Positions 24,273-37,981 of a stretch of DNA of 64,000 nucleotides are shown piece by piece (positions within the stretch are counted from its first letter, which is position 1; every line of letters starts with the position of its first letter). The notes beneath the pieces are model-generated. The model ran no database searches and was not told the origin of the DNA. It saw only the letters and a program-made list of their open reading frames with translations. Source of the stretch: Basidiobolus meristosporus CBS 931.73 (taxonomy: Eukaryota > Fungi > Basidiobolomycota); the NCBI GenBank assembly GCA_002104905.1, contig MCFE01000150.1, positions 89,306 through 153,305 on the forward strand, given 5' to 3'. The translations under genes and the position numbers were made by a program.

Positions 24273-24620
24273 TGTTGTAAAAATTTGCATTTCCACCTAA
24301 ATATTCACCTAACTTAGTCACTTAGATCATCACCTTCAAATCCTAGAGAATACTGACCAAAACTCCTTGTTGGGATTTACTTGGAATATTTTCACCAAAA
24401 CACCAGGTACCCAGAACATGAAAATTCTCAAGTTGTCCAAACAGCCCCAAGCTTTGCACACATGTTCTTGGGACCTTCCTTAACCTATTCTGCATGTTTG
24501 TTATGGCAAGACCAGGTAAAAGAATAAATACCACTTTTACATTCAATAAATCATTAAGTGAAACCACAAAATCTACTTGTTCTCCAAATCACTTCCAATA
24601 TCTCCAAGACTCTTACAACA
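24273..24620 (+). repeat. Copia 3' LTR (348 bp)
   Basis: Perfect terminal inverted repeats TGTTGTAA/TTACAACA, preceded by the PPT. Confidence 0.95.
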
Positions 24621-25048
24621 CTATTGAAGGCAGAAGAGCAAAGTTATCACAGCTTAAAACCAGTGACTTCCTTAAGAGGCTGTCACAAGCAATGGAGAAT
24701 TCTCTAATCAAGAGGCAAAGTAATGTCAGGCTCATGGAAGGGTAGGTAAGGGAAAAGCAGGCAGAAACAGATGCACCAATGCAGCATATATCAAGGAAAA
24801 ACTGTAGTACAATACAAGAAGCACTCAGTTGGGTTAGCAGAGGAGGACCTGGTAGTGATAAAGGGAAAGGATAAAAGTCTATTCAATCCAGAAACAGAGG
24901 AGCATGAGAAAAAAAGTTGCAGTTCTCACCAATTAATGCTATCAACATGGTACAGTTTGACTCCAATAATTGCTATGATGATTTACACACAAGGTGACAG
25001 CTGTTTTCACCAGAGTTAGGAGCCTAGTCAGTTGAGCTATACTACAGC

Positions 25049-25360
25049 TGTTGTAAGAGTTTTGTAAGATATGTGGCTTCACTTATTGACTTATCAGGTA
25101 TGAAAATGGTATTCATACTTTGACAAGGTTGTGGCAACATACCCCCACAAAATCTGTTCAGGAAGGTCCCAAGAATACATGAGCAAAGTCTATAAGCCCT
25201 TGGGCAACTAGGGGATTCTAGTGTTCTGGGTACATAGCATCTTAGTGAGAACATCCCTGGTAAATCCCCACAAAGAATTTTGTCTTGGGAAAGCTCATAA
25301 ACCAAGATCCAAGTAGTCAAGTGGAGGTAAATATTAGGTGTAATTCCGAAATTTCCAACG
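25049..25360 (-). mobile_element. Diverged solo LTR related to the copia LTR
   Basis: Starts TGTTGTAAGAG. Shares the blocks AGGAAGGTCCCAAGAA, GTTCTGGGTA and GTAAATCCC with the inverted copia LTR. No TSD found. Confidence 0.6.
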
Positions 25361-25484
25361 TTATAGAGGCTTCACGAATATAGGAGATTGATTGAACCAT
25401 CAGGGCCCCGCCCAACTCCCAGTAGGAGTATGCTTCAACAGGGATCTGGATATGGAATATGAGGAAACCCAACGGATTCGTGAC

Positions 25485-26012
25485 ACTAAACTTGGTCGAC
25501 TTGTTATAGATGGTAGGGCCCAATTGATGGAGCAAATCTAGCGCATCTCCCTTCCTGCCAAGGAATCCCAAATCATCGATCATTTCCGCACTACTTTGAA
25601 AGATGAGGTTGGTAAAATCAAGCCGGTGCCAAAACAAACAACTAACGGCCAAAGAACCCGCTGCAAGACGTTTGTCCTCATCCGGGACTCCAACGGTCAT
25701 GTCCGACTCGATGTCAGGTGCGCGAACGGAGTGGCGACTGCAATACGTAGCGCCATCGTCCTTGCTAAGCTTAACATCAGCCCAGCGCGCTGCAGGATCT
25801 GGTACTCCCGCTGCCCTCAACCCCAAAGTACTTTGCAACTTACTGGTATTACCGACGGCTACATTACCGCTCGTGGCTCAACCCGTACTTTGGGGAACTC
25901 TATCAAGGCAACATTTGTAGCCGTCGGCCATACTTGCGCTTTCTTGGCCCCTGATCTGTGGGCCGAGTCGGTTCCCCCACGGGTCCCTACCAAGAAACCT
26001 CGGACCACCTGA
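25485..26012 (+). pseudogene. RPS2: 40S ribosomal protein S2 (uS5) pseudogene
   Basis: TKLGRLV..*..SLPAKESQIIDHF..LKDEVGKIKPVPKQT..GQRTRCKTFV..DSNGHV..VATAIRSAIVLAKL. In-frame TAG, an internal deletion with frameshift, and many substitutions at conserved residues. Confidence 0.85.
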
Positions 26013-26326
26013 GCAAGGCTTAGGATAACGCCGAGCGACAGTCCAATCCGACTACGGGGTCGCTTTAGACGCCAGTGTCGCGTGTCAACCCAACCATATT
26101 GAATCCACTTTTATTGTACACAATCTATACTTTCACACGAGCCCAGAGATCTCAAGTTTGCTGATTTATCCGATGATCAGAAACAATAGATTACTATTTC
26201 ACGAAATATACAAGTCCCGCACGGGTGGCCACCGACTCCGCACAGCTAAGGATGGTCTGGAGGCGTAGTTCACCCTTGGAGCACGGAATCCGCACCCTTA
26301 TCACCTGAATGCCATCAACGGGAACC

Positions 26327-28122
26327 CTAGTTTTGAATGAAATTCGCCACTTCAAAGCAGATGGTGGTGATGCCGATCAGGATTTCGGCGGCTTTTACGG
26401 GTTGCAAGGTATGGTTGGTCTAGGTTCTTCGGGCGAAGTGGGAGTAGGGGCAGGAAGGCGCTTACCAATCAATATGATCACGATGTATTCCAGGGTCTCT
26501 CCTGTGGGCGAAACGATGTTTAGTGCAGTGAAAAGCGATTTATCAAGGGCGGCAGGGTTACCGTGGTTGCTGTTCAAGTGGTCCTTCAGCATCTCCAGCA
26601 GATCATTGATCACCGTGACTCTCTGGTTCAGCAGCTCAGCTCTCTGGGAGATCTCCAAGTACCCTGGATAAGAGGTGGATCAATATCGCGATCTTCAAGG
26701 CAACCAGTATGCCCACACACCTCGTATAGCACTGTACAGTGGCTGCTGTGCAGGTTCCGACCAGAATATCTCCGGCGTATCTAGAATGTTACTCACCAGG
26801 TTCACGTTGATTCTCACGATGAAGAGCTTGTGAGAGTAAGTAAGGAGAGGAGATGGTCGGGACCCAAATGAGCAATTTACCTGACCAATCTTCGAGGTGA
26901 TCGCATTTCTGATGCAGATATGGACAAAGCAGATTCAGCCGATGCTGTTCCGGGGGATTGGTGGAGACTACGTACCTGGACAGATGTACCTTCCCTGTCT
27001 CGGCCATGATCTGCGGGATGTGCTTCGTGTCATGGATGGTCTGGTCGACCAAATCCTCAAATAAAGTCATCTTCACCGACTGGGCAATGGCATGCGATAT
27101 AGTCAACTTGACCATGTAGTTCCTAGGGTTCTTCAGCGATATGATGTCGTTGTAGATACTGCCAGACCCAAGTTAGCACGGCACCCTACCATGTGAAGAG
27201 ACAGCAATCTTACCAGGGCTGGCACGAGGGGTCATACTGAAAGTTCAGCTCCTCCACCTTGATGCCCGACTCCTCTGCTCAAAGGTGATGCAACGTTTAA
27301 TTTAAAGAGGAAGGCAAGCCGATCAGGCGAAGGGAACTTCCAAATTACCTAGTTTCTCTTGCTCAAACGCCTCGATTTCCATCAGAAGCTCTCGCTCCTG
27401 GAGCTCAGAGAATCCCCACATCACAATCACTCCGTAGTCAAAGAAAAATAGCTCCCCGATTTTCAAGGACTCGTCCATCTCGGGGGTCAGGCTTGGCGAC
27501 TTCGCCTCTGTGAGTGGGGATGTCTTGGCTGATCCCGGGGAGTATGTGGCATTGATTTGGATGATCGTTGATTTGCTCTCGAACTCTAAAGATATGGTCG
27601 CGTAAAGGCTAAACAGGTGTGAGGTCAGTGGATCGGGGCCCTGGGTTGACTGGCTGGTAGCCTACATACCACTCGTCTATTCGCTTGGGAGCAATGTTGA
27701 TGATGCTGTGTCTCCTGTTCTGCAGGTACTTCTGCAGCATGTCCATCCTGTACGAGCTATAAGGATGATTAGTAACCCTGATTAGCCCATGAGCCCACAG
27801 GAGATACCCACTTGGCTGTACAATAGGCCGTGACTCTCGGAAGATCCGTACGCTTCAGTTGAATCATCTTTTTCGCCTGCTGGGTACTCTGAATAGGTAT
27901 CTGGGATATTTGGTTGTATACCTCCTCATCGCTGAAATTCTCCGTGACAAAGGCATCGTTTCCCTCGTCGGGAAACAACGCCAGCTTCTGGGAGATCTTC
28001 GTTGTTCGGTTCGGGTGGGCTGACCGGTCACTGGAATCCTCCAGCGTCGAGTTGTAGGCGACCTTCTGCTGAATCATGCTCTGGGCAGAGAGTCTTTTTT
28101 TCCGATCGGTTTTCGGGTGCAT
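26327..28122 (-). CDS. RMD1: RMD1-like (DUF155) protein, multi-exon
   Basis: LPRVTAYCTA, ELFFFDYGVIVMWGF, MVKLTISHAIAQSVK..LFE, DTPEIFWSEP, YLEISQR..LLNQR, ETLEYIVIILI. Short GT-AG introns; internal exon limits approximate. Confidence 0.85.
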
Positions 28123-31100
28123 GTTGTGTGACGGGATGGGTTGAGAGTACGAACAAAGCAATTTCGCCACTACAATGCGAAGAAAGAAGAGTTCGGCGGG
28201 TGTGGTATCGGGTCATTGCGTTCTCGCCGGGTTATTTATTCGCACGCGTTTTCCACACTGCCCGCTCTGCGTCGATTCTGCATTGTCGGCAAGGCAAGGG
28301 CCTAGGAATCGTTGATAGATTCCAATCTGATGCATTTGCCACCTTCTCTATCATTCGAATGCAAAGGCGCACCCTCAATCGAGGATCTAGGCGGATCCTC
28401 TCTGAATCATATTGGAGGCTGCACTTGCACCCACGTATTTGTTGAGGTAGTCTGATCGTGGTCCGATCCCCGCAAAATCCCATGCCTAATGGCTTCATGT
28501 TGATCATGCAAGATGCCATCTCAGTTTACTTTATTTATTAAATTTCAATGAACCGGCCTAGCAAAAACCTGATTGATGTTTGACATTACCCACCGCATGC
28601 CTTATTTGGACATGTATCTGAGCGACCTTACGCATCAGGCCTGGTCGTTTACTAGCGTTTAGGTTTTATCAACCTCACCTGCAGCCATGCTTAGCCAAAT
28701 ACCGCATACTAAATGATTGCCTGATTTGCCTGCTGGAAAAACTCTCTCCTACTTGTTTCATAGGTCGCCAGGTTGTACCCCACGCCAGATATACACCGCC
28801 TGTGTCGCACAAAGGCTGACGACTATGAGCCTGTCGCCGAAGTCGATTCGTAATCGCCGATGGCTCTTTACTCTTGGCCTGGACATGTCACTATAAGGTA
28901 TGGTTTTTGGCTCCATTTGATGAGGCGATTGTTCGGCGCCAGCGTGTGGGCCCTCCCTGTACGGGAATGCTGGTGACGCCGGGTGGGACACACGGTACCA
29001 TGGCAAGTGACCTTGTGAGATCCAGGCTGGTCGCCACGATCTTTATTTATGTGCTACTGGACACCAAGCTGGTAGCCTTACTGAGCGTTAGGCACCTAGA
29101 TATCGTGTAGCTCCTGGAGACCTTGCAAGCGGTTCTCTAGACGGTTGATTCCGTGGACTGTTGTCATGTTTGCCTGGAAGGACCAATGCAATCCCACACC
29201 CGCCAAATCTCTTCGTTTGTTGTAGTGAACATCCTGCCCACGATGGGTCGAGCGCTAAAAAGTCTGTGAAACAGCCAAGGTCGCACCGTACTATCCTATA
29301 TCATTCCAGAAAATCCTTCTGACCCACCGAGACTCGAAAGTGCTAAAACAAACTCCACTCGGATTTAATGGAAGGGTGTCACCAGCGCGTGCCTGTTACC
29401 ACCACCCATTCCTAGTTCCAAGAGCTACTCAGAACCTCACCAGTAAGGAAAGTCTCTATTTTGTTCACATCCCATTCAGCGATTGCGTACGTAACGTAGG
29501 ATATATCGGAATCTCAAGGGCTACGGCATATCAGCGACGAATATTTTCACCATAGCCCCTCAGTGTTGGGTGGACCAAGGGAGCCCACCCTTCACTGGCG
29601 TACATTGGCTGCATCATCCAGGACAGTGACATCCGCTTAGTGATGTGGCTGCTATCATAGAAATAGCCCACATCTTCAGTAGCAACGAGTATAGCTTCGC
29701 CGCACAGAAAGCTCCGTCAACGACATCAGCAATGGTAGGGAAGTGCAGGCAGACGCCCGACTGTAGCTTCTGTGAGGGTTCCTTATCTTCGGGTGGCACA
29801 AAGTTGCCGCCTGCAAAGATTTATCAATATCTATCTGCTAGATCTTGTTCAAAAGCAATAGCGGCTTCCCCATTTAGCTAGTCAGCATTTACGAATCCAA
29901 CAGTGGATTTGCCAACATCGAACACCATATTAGGATGCCCTACAGAGAAAGATCGAGGGATCAGGCGTGTAGAACCCAGCATCACCTAGCAGAAGGGATT
30001 TTATCTTGGCACATCGAGGAATGTGTACACCTTCCTCTAGAGGCAACCTTGGATAACATGATTCAACCGGCGCCCTATCACGGGGATGAAATCGATTCTC
30101 TTATTAATAAGACCACTGCCTCTAGGGGTAATCATGTAACACGTTCAGTATGATTAGTAAGGGGAAACCGCGCAATTCTTATTCCGATACATACCGATGG
30201 GATGAGATTATTGGAGTTTGGATCCTGGTTCACTGTAATATCCCCGTATTCACCGCTCAGCCATGAAAGGTTGGAGGTTTAGGGTTGAAGTGAGTGTTAC
30301 TTGACACAGCGATGGACCCCTTCCAATAGCCGCGCTGCATGGAGTAGATTTCATCTGCAGTTCACCATTGCAAATCGAATGATCATTCCACATCCAACAC
30401 CAGATACCAAAAGCTCTAAATTGTGAGGACGTTCCCAGTCTTTTCTATCTAGATATCCGCTCCGGGAACATGCGGGAAACTCGATTTCGCCTTGTGTAGA
30501 TCACACAACGTAGTAGGACTCGTCGTTGTGTGTGAGAGCAATGCGGCAACGCAAAAACACTCCAAGCAGGCAGCGCCGTTGGTTAGACACCAATCTCAAC
30601 TCACTACTCGCTCAGGGCTGGAACAACAAGGATTTTGGGGATATGTGGGCCGGAGCAGGAGTATTGTGTGCGATTGGAGTGACTGCTCGGATGGCTGCTG
30701 TAAGGATGTGGAGGCCTAATGGGACTAATCCCCGTCCACAAAAGTTAGGAGGCGGCCCATTCCAGATGGGAGATAGGACCCCAATACCTAGTCCATGTAG
30801 ACTGTACAGCGCGCTAGATGGTAAATCTGCTTTGAGCCTGATGTCGAATGAAATGAGATCCCGGAATAGTAGATATGTATGCCTGATTGGATTGGATTTT
30901 CACCTCTATTGGTTCACCCGTAGTATAATTATAGTTTGAGCGGAAGCTTATTCTCCTGCTAGAATTGTAAGGTTCTCATTAGTATCATTTCACAGACACA
31001 AATATTCCCCGATCCTCGACGCTGGCCAATGGGGCGAACGCCATGGGTGGCACACCGAATCCGAATTATCTTATCGACCTTGCTTGTTAACTGCCCTTGG

Positions 31101-31469
31101 TGAATTCATGTCCATATTCAGCAGCCATTCGTCGAAATCGGATCCGCTACAGCCGTAATGGGCAATATCACCATACGCTGTCAAATCTAATCAATGGGAT
31201 TGATACCTAGCACCCGCCCTCCCTGCCATCTAGCCAACTGGTGCCAGGCTGAAAACTGAATAATCGGATTTACTCTCGAATTCTTCCTCATCTTGATCTA
31301 CCGGATTTTTGACTTGATCTAGGTTGGGTGGTAGGCAGCAGATATAAAAGCAGGAGCCACTCATCGACCATTGACCGGACTTTCTCTTTCTTCACCAAAA
31401 CACTCCACCAGACCTACACGGGTACTTTCACCGTGCCATTTTGCCTTGCCCAGCAGCCATTCACTTGAA

Positions 31470-32299
31470 ATGAATCATGATTTAATGCATCAACGAGCTC
31501 TCTCCGGAGGCCATGATTACCATCAGTTTCATGTCCACGACGGGCAATCCAGGAATAGTTTACATCTCTGGAGCTCTGTTGTGGAGTCGTGCCTCGGCCC
31601 AGACCCAACCTCCTTTGGAGCTGTGAATGAGTTCCCCGTCAATTGCACACTAGGTAACCCCGTTTATATCCAGCGTATCTCCCTAACATTGCTAACCAAG
31701 CCTGATGCTTAGCAACCAATGTCCTACGCGAAGACTCGACCCTAATGTCCAACAGCCACCTCTCTAATTTCGTATATTCACTCAATCCACAAACCCACCT
31801 TCCCTATTCACCTGATGTTGCTCCTACACCCGCCACAACTGGGGTCGCCTCACATGCACTACACACACCAAAGTCCTACTGGGGGGCTCACAACTATGCT
31901 CCTATACTGCCCAATGGTGACCCGTATACCAACCTCCCGGTCATGAGCCCCGTTGTCCCCAGAAGAAGACGGGGTTCAAGCCGGGAAACATCGATGACTC
32001 CATCCATGAGTAATCCAGAGCTATCAGCCAGATTGGAGAGCGACGAGGACAAAAGAAAAAGAAATACGGCGGCCTCGGCGCGCTTCCGCATCAAGAAGAA
32101 GCTCCGCGAGCAGGCGCTAGAGCAAACAGCCAAAGACATGTCCACCAAGGCCAACATGCTTGAGAGGAAGGTGAAAGAGCTGGAGAAAGAGATCAAGTGG
32201 CTCCAGTCCCTGTTAATCGACAGAGATCCGCACTTCATGGATCACCAGTCACCCTTCAGGAAGCGACCCTCCGAAGGGGTCACCGCCACCGCTCCCTAA
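31470..32299 (+). CDS. bZIP transcription factor of the Cys-3/MetR/Zip1 type
   Basis: KRKRNTAASARFRIKKK basic region plus leucine zipper. A predicted 59-nt intron (31654-31712, GCTAAC branch) joins ATG 31470 in frame to ORF 31745-32299. Confidence 0.85.
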
Positions 32300-35200
32300 A
32301 TCCACACTCGCCAATTTACCGCTTGCTTAGCGGGTGTTAGTGCCCGTTACGTGCATGAGCAGCGTCTTTCATCAAAAAGTGTATATATATAGCCATCACT
32401 CCTCTAGGTTAATTTAGACCATTCTTCATGAATCAAGCTATCCGTACCAGTAGCTTCTCTAATACAGGACGTTCTTCAGTTTTCAATCTATGTGCACACT
32501 GGCAACAGTTAAGCAATGCTGATGGGCTCTCGGTTCATCGGCATCCTTCCTCCTACGACTGCATGTTGCGTACCCAGTATCCAGCATTCACATCTGAACC
32601 CCCCTTTGGAGTGTACATAGGATGCTAGGCTATCTGTTGAATAAATGACACTAATGTCCAATATAAGTCACCCATTTAAGCAACCATTCTGTGATACGGA
32701 GAAGTGTATTACACATCGCAAGAAGTCATTCCATGTCCCTGGCTTATGACACCATCAGGTTGACCTGGCCCGCTTGCTCCGTTGTTGAACATCCCGGGCT
32801 CGGGCTCGGGCTGGATCGTCAGCTGAGCCATTTCAGGGATGGCTATGAGACCTCATGTTTCAGATTGGCATTCCACCAAGCTATATGTCAAGATCATGGT
32901 GAATGTTTGTCGGCTATGGTGACCCTACTACGGTAAAGGGAAGGCAATCCCCATTCCTAATGATTCCGCCATGGCACAAGATATGATGTTCAGAGATGGC
33001 GTACAGCCAGATAGGGAGCACACGGATATGGATAGGCACCATGCGAACCCTATAGCCCTGGAATGAGTCATCGCAGTACGAATGATCCGATGGATGTAGC
33101 GATGCTAATGGACGCGTGTCTATTGCATGAACAAACAACTCTTCAGGAGCCCGGAGTTGGATGTGAGCCGTGAATCTGTTGAGAAATTACGCGGACGTGG
33201 GAAGAATGACATCCACCCCCATGGTATCGGTAACTTCATTTGCTTAACCAATCCCTGGGCCTTGACCTATTGGCGCCGGCGGCTTAGAAACGTTTGTTGG
33301 CAAGGGCTGCTCGCGGAATAGGCCAATACTACGAGATAAGCAATCTGGCAAGGCAACGCAGACCTATTCAAACGATCACTTAATTGGACAAGTCACTCTT
33401 GATTGGATGGAGGAACCTTGTTTGCCTAGGAAATCAGTCCACTTTGGAAATAATCATACTCCTCCGTATGACCTGGCTGCCATTTTGATGGCATGCCATC
33501 CACTGCCTATCACACCACCACGAAGCCCGCTCCACTCTGCCGATTGGACCACTCGAACATCAGAATGGGATCTGAGTACATAATAAAGTAATAAATCAGG
33601 ACCTCATGCTGTCGATCCAAAGATAGCATGTGGTGACAAGCCAAGTCAACCTAACACAGCTTGCTCTAATTAGAGGAGAACATGATACGTGATTCCATAT
33701 GGGCGGTGTGTAGATCCCCTGGATATAGGAGAATCTTGTTTGGTGCAGGGTAGTGGTCGGGGAAGGCAAGATTTTCGTACACACTTTGGGAGTAGGTATA
33801 CTTGATACACCATACAAAACAGATCTATCGCCATTGTGATGTACATATGGGGAATCCCCTACTGCTCATAGCAAGCGAGATTGCCCGTTGGTATGTCTCT
33901 ACAAGCATCCAGCTAACACACCTCGAGCAGTCTTTATGTATCCGAGCGAACATCAACTCAACTCACCAACTCACCTAAACGATGATAAATGGCCATCATC
34001 CATTACAACTGTACCCTGAAAAACGAACCCCACATGCTCGCCAACTTGAACTCATGGCTACGCCATATAAATGATGGGTATTGCTGAAGAGACATTTTGA
34101 ATAGCACGGGTGATTCATGGAGTTTAAAAGCATATCGGACAACCCCCCCACGCGACGGTCACTTACTAACGTACCAAGTGGAGGAGTTCTCCAAACGCCT
34201 TGGGTGAGAATCCATGGACTATTTGAGGGAGAAGGGTGTACTTGAGCATACCAAAATACTAAGCTATTCCAGGGCAAAATAGTGTAGGTACTTCCCTTCC
34301 CAACACTGTTCTTAGTTCAATTCTATCAGGACATCCACAGCAGTGCTACTAAAGCTTACTCCCAACTGCGCCCTACTGGTTGTAAAAATAGGCGTAGAGG
34401 TCATCATCAGCCCATCACTTGAGATGTACACAGTCCCTGAGCTGATTCATCCACCAGCCATCTGGAGCCTGGCTGGATCGGCTCTCAGCATATATAAGGG
34501 CGTTGTGTTTCTGAGAACTTGCACTTATTCTTGCCTTGAGCGTGTTCGTTAGCCCAAACGGCCCTGGCGCACCTCTATCTACTCTATCGCTACCTAACAG
34601 TGTCTGCTGATAAATGGGCAACATTGGGCTATGCTCATACAATGACACCATCCATATAGCCAGAAACAGGAACTGAGTTGTGTCTGTGTCAGCAATGAAA
34701 CAGGTTGCATGGAATCATTTCCATGAGTAGATGGTGTACCAAGCTATCTCAGTGTCACTCTGCCCATTGGATCCATAGATTCGGACCAATCACCAACAAA
34801 ATAAGCGCAGATTAACAGTCAAGGATCACATATTGACCTTCCTCGGAAGGTTCCCAATATGTCCATCGTGGTATGAGAAAGGTGCATAGACATTAATGAC
34901 CTGTACTCAACCGCAATTCCTATAGCATCAGCCGTCATAGTCTAGACCCAATAGACCCTTCCATGGTGTTTCCCGATATTCTCCACGAATCACGAGGACT
35001 CAAAATTACATGACTCACCTAAATATCAGGAATATTCGACCACCCCATAGCTAATCACAGGATACGAAACTTGAGCCACCCAGGATCAACCAACGAATGA
35101 TCCTTCTAAACTCGCCGAAATCTTGCACTCCCCCATCTTCACTGCATTTAATCTTTCTCACAGCCAGCATTCATTGATTCTAACGCAAGGGAAAAGTAAC

Positions 35201-36834
35201 CATGGTAAGATGGCCTTGAGCCCTAGTAACGGAGTACAGTGATTAGCGAAAGCAGTCGACGATGGCTATTCAATCGCCCCAGAGTAAGATTCAGTGGGTA
35301 TCCGATACGATTCAGGTTTGGTTGATGATTGAGTCGTTGAGAAAATTACCCTGATCGTGCACCAGGACTGTTGACCTCATGCGAGTCAGCCTATATTGAA
35401 ATAAACAGGAGTTTAGCCAAGTAGGATAATATCCACCATACAGCGGTGCATTAATTGGTGCCGAAGCCGGATCCATATTACACAGCCATACAATCTCAAA
35501 CAACTAGCAGTCTGCTATTTATTTACACGCTACATACTCCTATGCAAAACCACTTATTCTGGCCATAAATCGCCATCAATCAAGCCACGGAACATAGGCC
35601 TACTCATGCCCTGTATGCTTCAGAACTTATCACGACCTGCAATATCGATAAACAGGCACAGAGCACCCGGCCAATCAGCGCCTGTGGTGCCAACCAAGCT
35701 TTCCTGAATCCCATCTCAAGCCTCAGTATTCTATGCGCTTCATCTCGAACTCTAGGCATACACCACCAAGCGGATCCGCCGCGGCCAATCGCCGTGGACG
35801 CTCGGTTTAGGAGGGGCAATCGTTTTCATTAATTGCATTTACACGCCGTCCATTTGGACCAGAAACATCGAAGCAACATCCCATTCAAGCCGTGGAATCG
35901 AAGGCCAACTAAGATTAAATTGGCCTTGCTGACCACCTATGATCTCATCCAAGCCCTTCGAACCCCCCCCCCCCTTCATGCGTCTAAAAACGGGCGGGGG
36001 ATCACTATATTGATAGTACAAAGTCAGATGATGGATTATTCCTCGTGAAATATTCTCGACAATGAATCCGCCAGTTGAATCTGATCTGCTTTGAGATGGA
36101 TTTTCGCCCGTCAGCTAGATGAAATCAGAGGCATCGATCTAAATCCCATGTTATTCAAGGAACACCTCTTACTCAACTGGATGGGTCCCCAGACCTCTGG
36201 GAATATTTAATATCTTGTCGAAACATCATCCATTTTCGGCCAATCAGCGACCCCCAGTGGGGAGTGCTTTCAGTGGTGAAATTGAATTGTCGAGTTGCTG
36301 ATCCAATCAAAATCCCCTGGAAATACTCGTGACTCCAGTGATTTCCACGATGGAGTAGATTTCCTATTCGTCTATTTCGAGCTCCCTTGAGATAAAGCCA
36401 TCATTTATAAATACGTAAGATTTGCTTAATCAAGCTTGCTCAGGAGTCGACTTTATTTAAATCCGTACCGCTGGACCCCGTCTTTTGCTGCTTTTCCATA
36501 ATTCAGTAGTCCAATATCTTGCCACTTGTTACCTGCCATTTCCTTTTCCCGTTGATCTAGTTAATTTTCGCCCTTTTTTTGTGATAATTCTGTATTCTTT
36601 GGGTGGTTTTCATCGTCACAATATTCGCCTAGCAAACATCTCGGAGTAGTCTTCGTTCGTTTGCTTGTGTTGTGGTCACGTAGATACTATTGGGTCATAC
36701 TCGTCAGACGCCTCTTCTGAGTTGTACATATCGCATAGGTATTGTTAGATACTTCTGTGACCGTTGTTGGATACAATTGCACTAGCTTCAGTCTCGCTGG
36801 AATACTCGCTCCCCACAACCACCTTCGTCAGAAC

Positions 36835-37981
36835 ATGGAGGTACAGGAGTTCCTAAAAAAATGCGGCTTGGAGCAATACACAGAAGCCTTCCTGGCCGAA
36901 GGTTTCGATCAGTTAAGATCTGTTAGTAGCGATCCCTCTACTGACCCTTTTGACTGGACCCTGCTAACCCAATCTCTGTAGCTTTTCGAAATTACCGAGT
37001 CCGACCTGGTGGCGTTGGATGTGAAGAGAGGTCATCGTAGGGTAAGAATTGGCCTTGCTTGTTGTGCGGGTTCCTTCGGAAACTAAGACCGCTGTTTCAC
37101 TTTAGCTCATTCAACGCGAAATCAACGCTATCAAGGGTTCCCCCTTTACTCCTCCCTTCTCACTCTCCATAGGAGCCAACGAGAATCCGTTCATGAATCT
37201 CACTGGTGCAGGTATGTGCTTGTTCCTTCCGTAGGGATCTGTCATGTCATGTCAGCTGACTCGAGAGTGGCTGCTCTTTCCACCCCCACAGACCCCAGGG
37301 CGCCTAACCTATTTGCGAAAAACCTGATCTCTTCCACACCGCCGAATGGCAACCAGAAGATATTCTTCATGAACCCTAAGCTTCCTATCGCCCCGCTCAA
37401 GTCCTCGCCCCCGTCAACCGAAAGTAACAGCAATAAAAGACGGTACAGGAGACACCCGAAGCCGGACAAAAACGCCCCGGAGAAACCGCCTTCTGCTTAC
37501 GTGATGTTTTCGAATAAAGTTCGAGCGGAGTTCAAAGATCAGAATATGTCGTTTACCGATATGGCCAAGATTGTTGGCGACCGTTGGAAATCTCTCAGCC
37601 CGGAAGAGAAAGAGGATGTCGATCAGTGTGCGGCCAAAGCCAAGCAGGAGTATACGGAGGCGCTTGAGGCCTACAAGAAGACACCGGAGTACAAAGAGTA
37701 TCAGGAGTACCTGGTGGAATTCAGGGCCAAGTCGTCGTCCTGTGTCCGCCCCGTTGGCAGACCACGGAAACACCCTAAACCAGACGAAATTGACAACAGC
37801 GTCCCATCGGACGACACAAATGGTAATTATTTAACATGGTCGGACTTGTTATAAAAAGGCCTGTATATGTATTTCTAATCTAGGTCTTCTCCTTACAGCT
37901 GACGACCTTATATACCATGATACATCATCGGGTAGAAGTGTGGACCACAGCTCATGGCCAGCCATTGTTCCCAGCTGTTAG
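36835..37981 (+). CDS. SAM-domain plus HMG-box protein, multi-exon
   Basis: Exons read MEVQEFLKKCGLEQY..FLAEGFD / LFEITESDLVALDVKRGHRR / LIQREI (SAM). KPDKNAPEKPPSAYVMF..FTDMAKIVGDRWKSL is an HMG box. The 3' end is uncertain. Confidence 0.85.

Noticed and set aside
28200-36700. Numerous 60-140 aa ORFs in the intergenic stretches (also 46800-51000)
   Set aside because: Mostly non-ATG starts, no recognisable motifs or consistent splice pattern; treated as chance ORFs, apart from the bZIP gene and the CAAX ORF.
37216-37854. HMG box as a mating-type (sexM/sexP or MAT) gene
   Set aside because: It is fused to an N-terminal SAM domain, has an NHP6/HMGB-like box, and lacks the flanking genes typical of sex loci.
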